Of a DNA stretch of 64,000 bases, positions 1 through 13,697 are shown in pieces (the stretch's first letter is position 1; the number at the start of each line of letters is the position of its first letter). The notes below the pieces were generated by a model that did no database searches, was not told where the DNA came from, and worked only from the letters and a program-made list of their open reading frames with translations. Position numbers and translations under genes: made by a program. The stretch covers positions 1,860,001-1,924,000 of the forward strand of contig NC_058383.1 in NCBI RefSeq assembly GCF_018350175.1. Reading direction: 5' to 3'. Origin of the DNA: Felis catus. Its lineage: Eukaryota.

Positions 1-418
1 TCATGCTGCAGGCGGTGATGATTTCAGGAAGGAAGGACAAGGGGACACGCGCGGGGAAGGAGTTCTGTAGCCTCAACGTTCTCTCCGGATTCTGTGGAGT
101 CTGTACAACTTTTTGGGGGAACACAGCACAAAAAACAAATCACAAACCACAATAAAACTTATCTTCTGGACTTCAGAGTTAACACGTTAAATGCTGTAAG
201 TCAGAATTCGGGGTTAAAAGATTTACGAAATATGTTTCTACGACAAACAGGTTAATTTTTCTGCACTGTCACAACCAGAATTGTTCTCTTTAACCACAAG
301 AACAGTTACTTTTTGTTTCTAATTTTGTCTACCACATAAACAGAGCGGGCGAGCATATCCCACCGTGGCTCCCTTGTCCCTGCCTCCCAGAGTTGGTACT
401 GTGCTCGCCCCTCCCCTG

Positions 419-507
419 AGTCACAGATCCCCTCCAGGCTGGACGGCCCCTCCTTGACAGTCACAGATCCCCTCCAGGCTGGACGGCTCTCCGTGATGGT
501 CACAGAC
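419..507. repeat. ~40-bp tandem duplication (~2.2 copies)
   Basis: AGTCACAGATCCCCTCCAGGCTGGACGGC repeated at 419 and 459. Confidence 0.9.
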
Positions 508-1131
508 AGAGCTCCCATCTTGCTGGTACTGCTACTCTCCCCCCTCTGGCTCACAAACCCGGCAGGGCCAGGTGCACCACCAAATGATGCTTGCAGAGAG
601 GCGCACGTGACAAGACACCAAGCGCTGCCCGCACACGCGTGAGCAGGGAAGCCGAGGCTTCTCGGTGCAGCCTTGAGAGGAACACCACCGCAGGTCAGCC
701 TGCCCGGATTCATGACCCGCGGGGACTTAAGGGGAGAAATGCTGTTGCTGAAGCTGCTGAGTCCCAAAGTAATCTGGACCAGGACAATCGGGGACCAGTG
801 CACGTATGTCCTCTCTAATCTCCAGAACCCGTCCCACAGGCGGGGACCTCAGCTCAGCCAAGCCTTCATCACGGGCAGGAGCACTCCCCCATCAGGCCCA
901 CGTGTCAGGCTCCCACCGCCTCTCTCTCCAGGATGACCCAGAGTGCTTTCCAAGAGTTGGTCAAGCTCCAAACGGCCCAGCAAATGGGACCCTCACTGGT
1001 GCTTACTAGGCTGCGCCACAGCCCCTACAGACACCCCTCCACCCCATCCCTCAGCAAGACACAGCACAAAGCCCCAGGGCTCTGCTCCTCCTGGGGCCAT
1101 TCATAAAATGCACACGAGGCAAGTTCTCCCA

Positions 1132-1316
1132 GGGGCACCTGGGGGGCCTCAGGTCATGATCTCATGGTTCAAGAGATCCAGCCTCACGTGAGCCTCATGG
1201 CTGACAGTGTGGGGCCTGCTCGGGATTCCCTCTCTTCCTCTCTCTCTGCCCCTCCCCTGATCTCTCTCTCTCTCTCTCTCTCAAGATAAATACACTTTAA
1301 ACAAACCAACAAAAAA
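1132..1316 (+). mobile_element. CAN-SINE (carnivore tRNA-derived SINE), internally deleted
   Basis: GGGGCACCTGG head, GGTCATGATCTC, (CT)n tract, A-rich tail, imperfect TSD AAGTTCTCCCA / AAGTCCTCCCCA. Confidence 0.85.
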
Positions 1317-2292
1317 GTCCTCCCCATAGAAAACAAAGCTAAAATAGAAAAACCTGGGGGGTAGGGGGTGGGGGAAGCCTAGAGCCCAGCAGTTAGGTCC
1401 AGCTGAGAGCCCCCCTCAACTCTGAAATCTCAAGGAAGCATCTGGACACCTTGGTGGTGCCCTGTTACCTCAGACACAGGTAAAAGTGACAGGCACACCC
1501 AGGAGGAAAGGGCACAGGTAAGGGTCTGGGGACAGGACACACACAAGGCCCAGCGATGACCACGGCTACAAGGTGGCTTTATAGGAGGGGGGCAGGTGGG
1601 GTGGCTGGACGCAGGCTGTATCCAGGCCACCCACCCGAGCTGCACACTGGTGATGTCCCAAATCCAGCTAACTGAGCCCAGGCACTGCTTCCCAAATCGG
1701 GAAATGTCACACGAAGACTATTCCTAGCTTCTCGTGAAGATACGGAGCGTCTCCCAGCACCAGCCACACACCATTACAGGGTAAGCTCCAGGGGGGTCCA
1801 ATCCCCCCGTTCCCACCCCCCACCCCCAGTGCCTGCCCCCAGCTTGGCCCTCTGTGCAGCTCAGGAAAGGGAACTCCGGAGGAAGGCCCAGCCTGTGGGG
1901 ACAGTCAGCAACAATGTCCCTGGCACATGGAGGCCCTGGATCAGGAGGGCCGGGGACTCAGGCCCTCGACCACCAGGAGGAGGTCGCGGCAGGCGTACGA
2001 ATCCGGGGACACACAGCAAACGACCCTTTCTGAAACAGTGGTGTTTCTCAGAGAGGAAGGAGGTGGCCCTCTGAAAGCCTCTTGTGTTTTTTCCCCCGCG
2101 GTTATGAGATGCGTTCACTCTGTTTACGTGCTTTTTAACAGTACACACGTAATGCAGAACGAGGACGGAGTAACTCGTCAATCATGAATCCATACTCGGG
2201 CCGAGAGGGGAGGCCACCGGAGGCCATGGTCCCCTCCCTGCCCGCCTCAATGGTAAGAGCTGCGGGCGTGTCCAGAAGGCTGCCCCCCACCC

Positions 2293-2294
2293 CG

Positions 2295-2341
<47 letters not shown>
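2293..2341. repeat. (CG)5(CA)19 microsatellite
   Basis: Read directly. Confidence 0.97.
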
Positions 2342-2343
<2 letters not shown>

Positions 2344-5300
2344 GCGACAGCACAGGACAGCGTGAGGAGGTGAGGCCAACTCCCTGGGAACAGGTCCTCC
2401 ACGGAAGAGAATTTACAACAATTTCTGACAACAAGCAGAGGATAGGGGACCTCTTCTCCCTCACCTGTCTCGCTCCTACGCGAGCACCGTGCCCCAAGGA
2501 GATGACAGAAAGGATGTCATTAAGAAATTATTGCAACTTTCTTTTCAATGGTGCTGAAAAGTATATGCAAATCCACCGTAATTACGTTTAAAAATTCCAT
2601 TTCATGGGATAATCAGACTTCAAAAAACTCAATTTTAGTTTTAATCAGATTCTAACAAGGATATTAAGTCCATTTCGTTTAGAAACGGGGTAAAAAATGT
2701 GAATTTAACACAAAATGTATTCAAGCTTAGCCCCGGGAGATAATTAAATAAAATTAATTTGGCAAGGGCTGTCAGTAAATGAAGGCACAGCAAACGGAGG
2801 CTCACACTTCTGACAGAAACAAGCAGCTTCCTGCCACAGAGACGGAGGAAGGGGCGGCGGCCGTCCCAGAGCACAAGGAAGGGGACCGAAGCAGCCCTCG
2901 GAGGCAGAAGGCCAGGGCAGCCTGGGGGAGGGGGGGGGACAGCTGCAGGGAGGGAGATTCCCGGAAACTAGGCTGGCGGGAGCAAGGGGTGGCCTCGGGG
3001 CGTCCGTCTGGGCTCTTCCACTGGCCTGCAGTCCGGCCATCAGTGGGGGAGCGGCGGGGCCCAGCCAACTCTGGCCGCCCTGAGAAGCCACCTTCCCCGC
3101 AGGAACGGGCGGGGCCTCCTGCTCTGGCCCTCCCACCCCAGCCGGCTGCGGGGGGGGGGGGGGGGGGGGGGGGGGGAGGGGAGGCCCTGTAACATGACCC
3201 CGCTTTGCTCAGTGGCGATGCAGGGCCCACACGTACCGTACCGTGCTCTCTGCCCGCCAGAGTCACTCGGCAAGCATCTGTGGCATGGAACAGATCTGAC
3301 CACGGTCCCCGTCCCGGGAACGCTTAGCCCCGGAGAGAAGGCACAAGCGCTGCCCGTCCATGGGGAATGACCTTCCCTCCCAACAGCTCCAGGCGCCCCG
3401 ACAAGGCCTCCCGGCGTGATGTCCACACCACCCAAGTGGTGCTGAACCGTGACTGAGGCGCCCCAATCGGGCACCAGGCTCACCCCCGCTAACGACCTGT
3501 AAGCCAGCTCACATCCCACGACCAGATTCTCCCAGAGCGGAGAAGAGGAAGGAAGGAAATCAGTGCCATCCTCTGTGAGTAGAAGTTTTGGGCAAAGGAG
3601 AGAGCAAAGTTCCGGGCCGGCAGGCCAGCCCCACACCCTGAAACAGGTCAGCACACCACGGCCTTCAGGGAGAGGGTCGTGCCCGCTCACTTACATCTTG
3701 TCCCGGGCAGCTATCCCACAGGACGACCCACAGTCCTGCTTGGGGCCGGGGTCCTCGAGTGTCATCACGAGAAGTCCCAGGTCCCGGGCCACGTTGCCCC
3801 CACGCTGGTCATCGCGATCTGTGCTGCAGAGGTGAGGACCGGCATGCCGCTCGGGCCCTATGGGCCCCAGAGCCCCAAATATTTACTATCCGGCCCTTAC
3901 AGGAAACATTTGTAGCCTCTGCCCTGAACCCAGCACTCCCAGGCACCCGTTGTTCAGTCACGAAAACTCAAAAAGAAAACTAGCCTAGCAAAGGGACAAA
4001 ACAAGAGAAAGCACGTTTTCCATCAGGAGAAGGCTGTCTCGGAGGGGGACGGGCACGAAGGGCGCCGAGCGGGGGCACCGAGTCCCAGGGGTGGCGGGGG
4101 CAGACAACAGCCGCCCGTGCTGAGCAGGGTCAGCACAGGCCTGTCGAGTCACTAAGCCGCACACCAAGTGCCACGTCATGTCAACGGAGCTCCAGTTAAA
4201 GGGGTGTGGCTCCAAAGGTCCAGGCCGAGCGGTGTGACCCCTTCTGGGACAGCTGAGCTCTAGGAAACAGTGAGAATGCCCCAACCAACCACTAGGCCGG
4301 TAAGAGCTCCTGGCGGCTCTTCTCAACCCTGACCTTCCCAGAGAGCCCGTGAAGAACCGCCCAGATTCAACGGCGCCTTCTCGAAGCCCAGCGTGCTGCA
4401 ACGCACCTGCTCTCAGGGGTGAGCCTGTGGCCACGCGTGTAACTGCAGTCCTCACGAAAGGCAGCGCGCTCCCGACGCCTGAGCGCAGCAAACCATAGCG
4501 ACGCAGGAAGAGCGGAAGCCAGAGAACAAACGGGGAACAGAAGCGCGTGTGTCTAAGTGTCCTCCACGCAGACTCACACGCCACTCCCACCAGTGCACGA
4601 GCTGACACGCGGCAGCCCCCTGAAGCCTCACGCCAGGAGGGAGGAGGGAGCCTGCCCCGCCCCTAGCTGTGGGAGGACTGTTTGGCTCCACGGAACCGAG
4701 AGCAGTTTGCGCGTAATAAAAATTAATTGCTAATCTCCTCACTGAGCCGCCTCCGAGAACAGGAGAGTGTCGTGTCGCTGCCCCTAAAGTTCAATCTTCC
4801 TCTCCCAAGTAATTACTGTCTTCCCCTACCTCGCAGAGCCTCCCCCATCTGAAAAGCAAATCCCAGCAGTGCCAGAAGGTGCTCGGCCCTGAGCAAAGGC
4901 AGGGAGGCCAGCCCTCCAGCAGGCTGGCAGGCCTTCCTTGCCAAAGTTCGGCTGGGAGCCATCAGGCCTCAAAGAGCTGCTATCAGCCGACAGGCTGCAC
5001 GCCCGCCTATGTGCTGACGCTCCACGGGCGAGCCGGTGGGCAGGGCCCCAACAGAAGCCTCAGATGCCAGCAGCGGGCTGCTCGGCTCACAAAGGCGTAG
5101 GACCCAGCTGCACGGCACCACGCGGCCAGCCAGATGGATGGAGGTGACGGAGGGCAGCGCCCACCATGCACCGCGACCAGCCAAGCAATCCAACGCAGGC
5201 GGCACGGACTCGCCGCACGACCTTGGCCTGTGAGCCCCCAGAAGGTCCGGGGCCTCCTCTGCCGAGCGGGCGACAGCCGGGCCGCCTCGCCCACAGCCGG

Positions 5301-8300
5301 GAGGGACGGCAACGACACTCCACGCACGCGCTGGCCTTGCAGGCTCTCGGGGTGCCCCCTCCAGGGCGGCCCCAGCTCCGACAGAGCCGTCCTCGGGGCC
5401 AAGTAAGGTCCTCTTCAGAGCAGGGCCCGTCTTGAAACAAACACGCTCTGGAACCTCGTCGGCCACCAATCTCCAGACCACAAATAACACGTGGCCCTCT
5501 GCCCACTGACACTATTCAAATCCGGCAAAGACGGAACCGATGGTCGACTCCAGCTCCGCGAGACGCTCCAGCAAAATCCGGCCGCACACGCTCACCTTTC
5601 TGAGCGTCAAGAGACTCCCCGGCTATCCTCACTGCTCAGAACGCTCGGTCCTCCCACCGTGAGGGCCGAGGCCGGGTCGTGGCTCTATCCCCAGAGCCGG
5701 CCTGCTGTCCGCCAAGCGGCAGGCCTCAAACCTGCAAAGGATGACTATGGGATCGACGTTCGCCAAAATCTCAGTTCTATCACCAGGTGACAAGGCCAGC
5801 AGGAAACAGGCAGGCGTCACTCGCCTGTAGAGGAAACAGAGGCCACGATGGAGGGGACCTGGCCTGGGACACGAGACACCTTCGGGGTACCTGCCACCAC
5901 CTTGATCTCGAGATGTGCCCACTACCCACCCCCGCTGCCGACCCCGGCTCACAGGCAGCCTGTCCCACCACCCGCGAGGGGGCACCCTGCCCCCGGCACA
6001 AGGCTTCCACACCTGTTCTGAGCCACCCAGCCACACGGATGCCTACCAGGCAGGGTCTAGTTGAAGACAAGGCCGTGTCAGGTCTCAGGGAAGAGGCCGC
6101 AGAAAGGCATGGAAAGGAAGTGCTTGCTGCCACACAGTGGGTATTCGCCACCCCACCCTCCCACCCCCTGCAGGCCAAGGTCCACTCTCCACAGCAAGAC
6201 CCAAACACCTCCAAGAACCGATCCCCGCCGTCCTGTCGGCCTCCACCACACGCCCACACACTGGCCGAACCACTTGGAACTGTGGTACGCCAGGTCGCTC
6301 TGGGTGGGTGGGTTCGTGCAAGCCCCTTCCCCACCAGGAACGAGGTCCCAGCCTCTCAGCTCAAGATCAAGGGCCACCTCTCCCAGCAGCCGTGCCTGAC
6401 GAACCCAGCACCGGCCTGAGATACTGTAAATGCTCGCGCCACGCCCACACGGGTGCAACAACGGCAACGGGTGCCTCTGGCAGAGGCAGCACGAGGCAAG
6501 GGGCAGAGACAGGCCTTGGTGTCAGAGGACAGACCCAGCCTCCGACACACAGAGCCGGCAGGGCTCTGCCCGTCCCTCCTCCCGTCTCTCACGGGATGGC
6601 TCGGGTCTCCGGTTAGAGCCCGTGCATCAATCCCCGTCTCGCCAGCTGCCACGTGGAACGGTAAGTGTTTAGGAAGGACTGGCTCCCTGAGCCCTTCGGA
6701 GCTGGCAGCGAACACTTATCCCCACTGTCACCTGCCCCTGATTAAACCAGGCCACTACCCGAGCCACTCAGACACCCTGCTTAGCACAGCTCCCAGATCA
6801 CGGAGGACAAAACCTGAAGAGCCGTGAACGTGTTTTCTGTATGTCGCTCAGTTGGGTCAGGGCCCCAGAGCCTCACAGAAAAGGCAAGTCTTCAAAGCCG
6901 CCCTCCTCAGGGCCCTACAGGTCAGCAGCGAGCTTCCCGCTCCCGGCACGGTCCCCTCGGTCGGAGGCCCTCCACTCACTCGTGGCGGGAGGGGAGAGGC
7001 AAAGAGAGGACCCTCATCAGACAATCCTGCAACTCCCGAGGAGACACGCGTGCCCCAGAAGGGCCCTGCCTCCCCTCCTGGGCGGAACTGGCCAGGCTGC
7101 CCCGAGGCTCCCAGACACACACACAAACGCACACACGCCGGTCCCTGGGACACCCCCTTGCTTGAGAGCCACGGGAGCTGCGTGCCAAGAGCCGAGGTCG
7201 GCGCTCTCAACGTTACCGTAGGACACTGGCAGGTGCCAGGTGCCTGCTAGAATCAAAGAACTGCACCAGGGTCCCATCACCTGCTCTCCCACGTGTGCAA
7301 GCCACAGGCTTCACCAATGTCACTGCCACAGCCCCACAGCGGTGCGGGGACCCACTCGCTCTCTGTGACCCATCCTGACCTCCCTGGTGCCACCAACCTT
7401 CTAAGACACAGGTAGGCGGCCAAACAGGTGAGGTTCCCATGCAGACCAGGGAAGACTGGCATCCCATCTCCCAGGACATCCGGGGCCCAGAGCGGTCCCA
7501 AGGTGTCCTCGGGCCAAGGGCGTGCTCCCCCCACCAGGGGACAAGGACTGACTGACCAGCGCTGCCAGCTACCACATGCCAATCGCTCTGCCAGCCGATG
7601 GCTAGACGCCATCACTGACGTGTAGACGAGGAAGCTCAGACTCAGGCAAGCCCGCAAGTGGCCCCCTCTGTGCAGCCTTCCTGCCAGGGAGAGGCCCTGG
7701 ACCCCAGGCCTCTGCTGTTCCCCATCCGCGTTGCTCCCTAGGCCGGCCTGGCCACCTCTGCTAGTGGTCATGCGAAGATGACCCAGAGGGAGCCCTCAAA
7801 TCCAGACCCGCGCACCCGTGACAACTCCCTCTGGCTATTTCTGTGACCCTTCAAACGCACATGTGCTACACAGAGTCCACAGCTCTCCCTTCCTAAGAGC
7901 CAAAACCTGTCCCCGTGTCTGCCCCATCTGCCTACACCCTCCCAGCCCCCCAACTGGGCCCGATCACCTCCTGTCTCGCGTGCTGAGGACGTCTCTCAGC
8001 CTCTGCTCTGTCCCTGTGGCACACCTGCTCCAAACTGGAGCCAGTCACTGTCACAGCCGGCTGCCCGCCCCATCCCTCGGCCTGCTCAGCAGCCTGTGGC
8101 CTCTGTCCTGGGCTGCACACTCACCCTCCCCTTCACACTTCATCCCCAACCTGCCCTGCCACCGCCTACCCCACCCCTCCCCTGGGCCAGGGCCCCCCAA
8201 AGGCTCCCCGAGTACAGAAAGTGCTGTCCTAGGCCCGGCTATCCCTTCCGCCACCTGGGTGGTGCTTTCAAGAACGTGTACCTCCCACGAGGCGGGGAGC

Positions 8301-11300
8301 ACGCACTTGGGCGGCCGTGCCTGGTGCACAAACTCGCCCACCATACATTCTACCACGGGCTCTCCACGACAAGTGGGACAGGAAGGACACTGGGGATCCT
8401 TGGCAGGGACAGCCTGTGGCCTCCGTGCCCCACCGACTGACCGATCCAGGAAGATAACTTGCAACCAAAGCTTCGATGGTCCTTCCCCAGGCAAGACATC
8501 GATAAGGGACGTGGAATCACTGGCCAATAAAAACAGACTTCCTGAGTACAGGCCTCATTAAGTCGGTTAATGAAAGTCATTAAAGCAAGCCGGCTGGAAC
8601 AGGTTCCTTTCCTCAGGGGTGAAGGGACTCAGATTAAGGGGTGGAGACAGGCCACTGGTCGGTGACCCAGCGGTGTGCCGCTCCCAGCCCTACAGCCCCA
8701 CAGCCGTGAGGCACAGCTTGCTGGAGCCCGCAGCCCTTCCGGCCATCACTGAAACTGAGACCGGCCTCGGGGACCCCCAAACTCTGCAGAGGGGACAGTC
8801 TCCCGCCCCGTCCCCTAACTATACCACATGCAGGAGGAAGCATCGCGTGCCTTTCAGAAACTGGGCTCTCTGGGCGTGACACAGAGCGAGAGAGCTTGGA
8901 CCAGCGCCTCCAACACGGTGAGCGGGGGCTCAACAAGGCGCGTGCCGGCAGACGCGTCAGTTGCACGTGCATCGAGCGCTTGCGCAAAGACATACCAAAG
9001 CCAGCAGTGCCAGCGGCCGGCAGGAAGGGAGGCCCGTGGCCGGCAGAGCAAGAGGAGAACTGTCCCCATCGCCCCGACATGTCTTCTCAACGCCGAGCCA
9101 CGTGAACGCAGCGCGTGTTCAGAGGAGGGTCTCCAGCCCCCTGTGATCTGAAATGACCCCGGTCGCTCCACAACGGCTTCCCACAGGCCACAGAAAACAC
9201 CCAGTCAACTTCCCGAAGCCCTGAGGCCTCAGCGTCTGTGCCCGGAGATGCCCAGGGTCCCCACCACGTCACCGCCTGTCGCCACAAACGCGTGCCCTCA
9301 AGTAAAGACCCCACTTGCGGCCGCACAGGAACCTCACTCAAGATGAGCACCTGCGGAAGCGAAACGAAAGAGCAAGAGCAGACACGGGAACAATTAATGT
9401 CGCGCCTCCTCGCCAAGGACAAACCCGCCTTGGCCTCCACGGAACTAAGACTTCGAGGAGACGTGAGGGCAGGAGGAACCGCCGAGCAGGGCCCCCGCTC
9501 CAGGCCAAGGGTCTCCACTCCCGCCCGTCCAGGGTACACTCACGGCCGGCAGCCCGAGTGAGAAAGACCCAGGCCTCCTGGTCCCACCTGTGCCACACGA
9601 AGACCGGGTACGGTAGTACCAGCACCTGGGGGGTGGCCGCCGCCACCCCCTGGCGCCTACCCAGCTGGTCCTCGCCTCTCCCTGCACCTGCACGCCTTCT
9701 TCCTACGTGCCCTGCCTCCTCCTCGTCCTCAGGACGGCCATCCTCTGTAGGGCATGTTTCCCAGGAGACAAGAGCCCACCTGTGGCCACGGCCAGAGCCT
9801 GCAGTACACAGCAGGTCTGAGGAGCGTCCACCCAGCTGGCCCAGACGCCATCCCCACCACCACCGGGGCCTGAAGCCCGCGCGGCGCACCAGAGCCGCAG
9901 GGGACGCGGTGTGGTGCAGAGGCGTCAACGCGTGCCCCAGCGTTCTGTCCCTGAGACGCAGACGACGACAGGGAGGTCCGGGCTTCGTACCCGGGAACGG
10001 TGGGAACGACACAGAAGCAACAGTGCAGCAAAGCCACGTCACACGGCCCATCGCGGCCGCCCAGCAGTCCCGTGCCGATTGGCAGCCACCATCTAACGGA
10101 TAATCCCGCCTGGCTTCTAAGAACACAAATCTGTGCTCGTGCCGTGACCCTGCTTCACGGACACGTGGGCTCCCACTCGGTGCTCACAAAGGCCAGCCAC
10201 CCTCCAAGCCGCGACCCCCAGCTCGTGTCCACAGAACCAGAGCCCATGTTTCCAGGCAGCTCCCAGCCCCCTCTCCCTCTGCCTGGGGGTGGGGGACCTG
10301 GGCAGGGACGAGGGAGGACCCCCCCAGGAGGACTTCAGAAAGGCCTCTCCAAGTTTGCAGCAACCGAACAGGGAGGTGCCTCCTCCCTCTCCAACCCAAT
10401 CCCCGGGTAACCCAACATAGCCTGTTTTGTCTAAATCCTTTCGCTACCTGGCTTTAGATTTTTTCCAATCGATTTAACACGATGTACAGAGGTAGAAGGG
10501 CCATGTCTATAAAGCTGGGAGTGAAGCCCTCCAAAGCGCTTCGAGGGCCACACCGCAAGTGGTGAACCACCAGGCACGTCCACCTGGGACAGGGCACCTG
10601 CCTCACCGTCTGAGCGGCCAGGATGACCACACACAGGGCGGAGCCCCTCCAGGAAAGCGCTGCCCTTCTTGTATTGCCCACAGTGCGGTAAGCACGGCCC
10701 GCTGTGCGCACGGGGGCAGAGGGGACAGGCCTGTGCCGCAGACTGCGGTCCCCGTCACAGCCCCCTGGGCAGCCCAGCCCCGTCCGGGACTGCCGCAGCG
10801 GGGCCCGGTGTGGGGAGCCGGCCCGTCGGGGATGCTGCTCCGTCCAGCCTCGCCACGCACACCCGCTTCTGCCCGCTTCTGGCGAGCGGAGGCCAGACTC
10901 ACATCTGAAACCTCAATGGGGAGCAAGGGATGGGCCGGGGCTGCTCCCCCCGACCCAGGATGGGCTGTAGCAGCTGAGGAAAGTCGGTTGTCAGGAAGCT
11001 CTCTGCCGCACCTGTCGTCCGATTGCCACCGGATCACAACAGTGTGAACAACACGGGAGCCTTGTCGCCGCAGCCAAGCCAGCCGACAGGGCCCCGTCCC
11101 AAGTCACAGCTAAGCACACACACGGATGCACAAAAGCAGAGCAGTCCTATCACGACTCACTCGGCAAACGTCTACCACATGCGCTGGCTGCCAGGCTCGG
11201 AGCCTCTGAACACAAGCCCCGCCCTTCCTTCACGAGACCGAAGACTGAGGATGCCCAGCAGAGGGACAAACACGTGGCCGAGAGTCAATCACGACAACGC

Positions 11301-13697
11301 CTGCTTCTGTCGCTGGCCTCCACGGGGACCTGCAGAGCCGGGATGGGCTCACAAGTCTCCGGGCCCTGCCGGCACAGCTCCGGGGCCGCCGGGGCCCAGC
11401 CCGCCCCAGGTGCGCAGGCCGACAGAGAGCCCAGGGTGGGTGAAGGCGCCCCTCCAGGGCCGGGGCTCCCAGAGAACAGCTTCCGGTAGACACAGGAGCC
11501 GGTGAAGGAACAATGCCACGTTCACGGCTGAGGCCACAAGAAAGAGCCACGCTTGCAAGCGCCCAGAAGGTGAGACTCTTGCCCAACCTCCTCCTCCTCC
11601 TGGTCTGGAGCCGCAAAAGAAACCAAAACGAGACCAAGGGAAATGGTGAAAAAAGCTTGACGGCACGCCCCCGCCCCCCCTCCCCAGCGCCAGCAGCGCC
11701 TCGCGTCCCGAGCGACCCCAGACCCAGGGCATTAGAAATGGCGACCAGAGGACGGGCGGCCACAAAGGTGTCAGGGGTGGCCAATAAGAAGGAATCGTGC
11801 TCCGCCTCACTGTCATCCCGACTGGCCTCACACATCACACATCGGGGGCGACCGGTCACCTGGCCAGCCAACAAAGGCTGCTGGGAAGGAAGCACGCAGG
11901 TCGGTGCCGGGTTCCCGTGTCCATTGCGGGTGACAGGTCAGCAGTTTCAGGGGGCACGACCGCCAGGCCTCAGAGCCAGCGAGACCCGCCAGCCTCTCGG
12001 CCTCCCTAGCGCCAACAGCCTCCGAGACCCGTCACTCCGTCGAACCTGCGGGCTTCCTGACAGGCACTACGCCCTCCCAGCCGGACTGAAACCAGGCCAG
12101 ATCCAGAGACAAAAGGACGGGGGAAGGAGCCAAATCGCAGAGGCTCACACGCCACCAGCGAGTCATTTCCTCTACAAAATTAGGGGCTTGACTACAGAGG
12201 GACTCAACGTGCGTTCCTCGCCCGCTGATAAGGCTTCCTACAGTGGGAACCGTCAAACGAGCTTTTCAAAAGCCGCCCGCTGGAGAGTCCTGCCTCCTCG
12301 CGGCACCGCGGCCCCACGCCGCATCTCTGCCGAGACCTCGGACAGCGTGCCGCCCAAACTAAGCGGTGCCACTCGTACGCCGGGACGGCGTTTCTGGAGG
12401 GCGGTCCGGCACCATCTGCCGATCTCAAGCACGTCCGTCTTTGAGGCAAAACACCTGCTTGAGAATCTGTCCGGCCACTCAGGCGCCGCTCACACCGCGA
12501 ACCGAAGTGTCCGCCAACGGGCCCGAGGCACACAGAGCTCGTCCACTTCGCGGAGCGACGTGCGGCTCTTCGGTTCAGCAGCGCCGCGTGCCGGTGCAGA
12601 AGTACCGCTGGAAATCCACCGGGAACGTGCAGGACACGGACCGAGCGCCGTGTGACGGAGGGCACCACAGGGCTCGCGTGCTCGTACGACTTCCAGAAAG
12701 CCACATGAGAACAGAGGCAGTGGACGGTGCCTGGACACACCGGGGGTGAGGACGGGGACCCCAGGCCCCCTCCTCTGAGAAGAGCACCCCAGGCACGAGA
12801 GCACTGCACGATGGGGACCGGGCGGCGGTGACAGAGAGCCAGCCTGGCTGAGGGCGATGCGAGGTGGGAGGGCAGCAGTCAGGGGAGGGCGGGAGGAAGG
12901 AAGGCGACTTTCACTTTCTGTCCTCCCCCCAACCCCCCCACCCGACCCGACCCCCCCCCCCCCCCCCCCCCCCGCGGACGGTGAATTTAAGCAGTCATGC
13001 CCACGGCACCTGCCCCGAGGCCCCAAGACGCAGGCCGGCAGACAGAGCCCGGGTCAGTCCCACTGCCCACGGGCCCGACCGGCTCAGGGGATGGGCTCCA
13101 CCCAAAATGGAAGCTTCAGCAACCCCCGCCACAGCCTCCCATCGCCCACGGATCAGCTCCACAGAGGCGGGACGCACGTACGAGCACGCACACACGAGCG
13201 GCCACCACAGCAGCCAAGGGCAGGCGACTTCCGGCACGCTGCCAGGGCCCCTCACGCCCCCATCGCATCCCAACCCGAGACGTGCGTGGCCTCCTAGCAC
13301 CCGGCGTCAGCAGGTCTCCCCCACGTCCGAGCACCGTAGTCGGGCTCGTCGCTCGTGGCTGCGGAGCACCCCCTGAGGTCGCGTTGACCCACTCCCCGCG
13401 GCCGGGCAAGCCCGCCATCCACACGCGCAGGCTGGTGGGAATAGGCCGCTGTGAAGACTCCGGGACTCGTCTTTGTGAGGCCAAGTTTCCACCTCTCTTG
13501 GGTGAGAACCAGGACGGAAGAGCCAGGTCACGTCGTAAACCTGCAGGAAGCCACCAAACGGTTTCCCAAGTGCCACGTGGCTCTCCACTCACCTTGCCCC
13601 TGCGGCGGGCTGCTCACACCGTCACGGCCCCTGGTGTGACCAGCCTGTGGTCCCAGCCATCCCACGGGGCCAGCTGCAGCGTCCCAGCGCCCCCCAA

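Noticed and set aside
11513..12655. 380-aa ATG-initiated ORF in the MAD1L1 intron (antisense)
   Set aside because: No homology I recognise, compositionally typical of GC-rich non-coding DNA, no poly-A/TSD signs of a retrogene; a BLASTP/PhyloCSF check would settle it.
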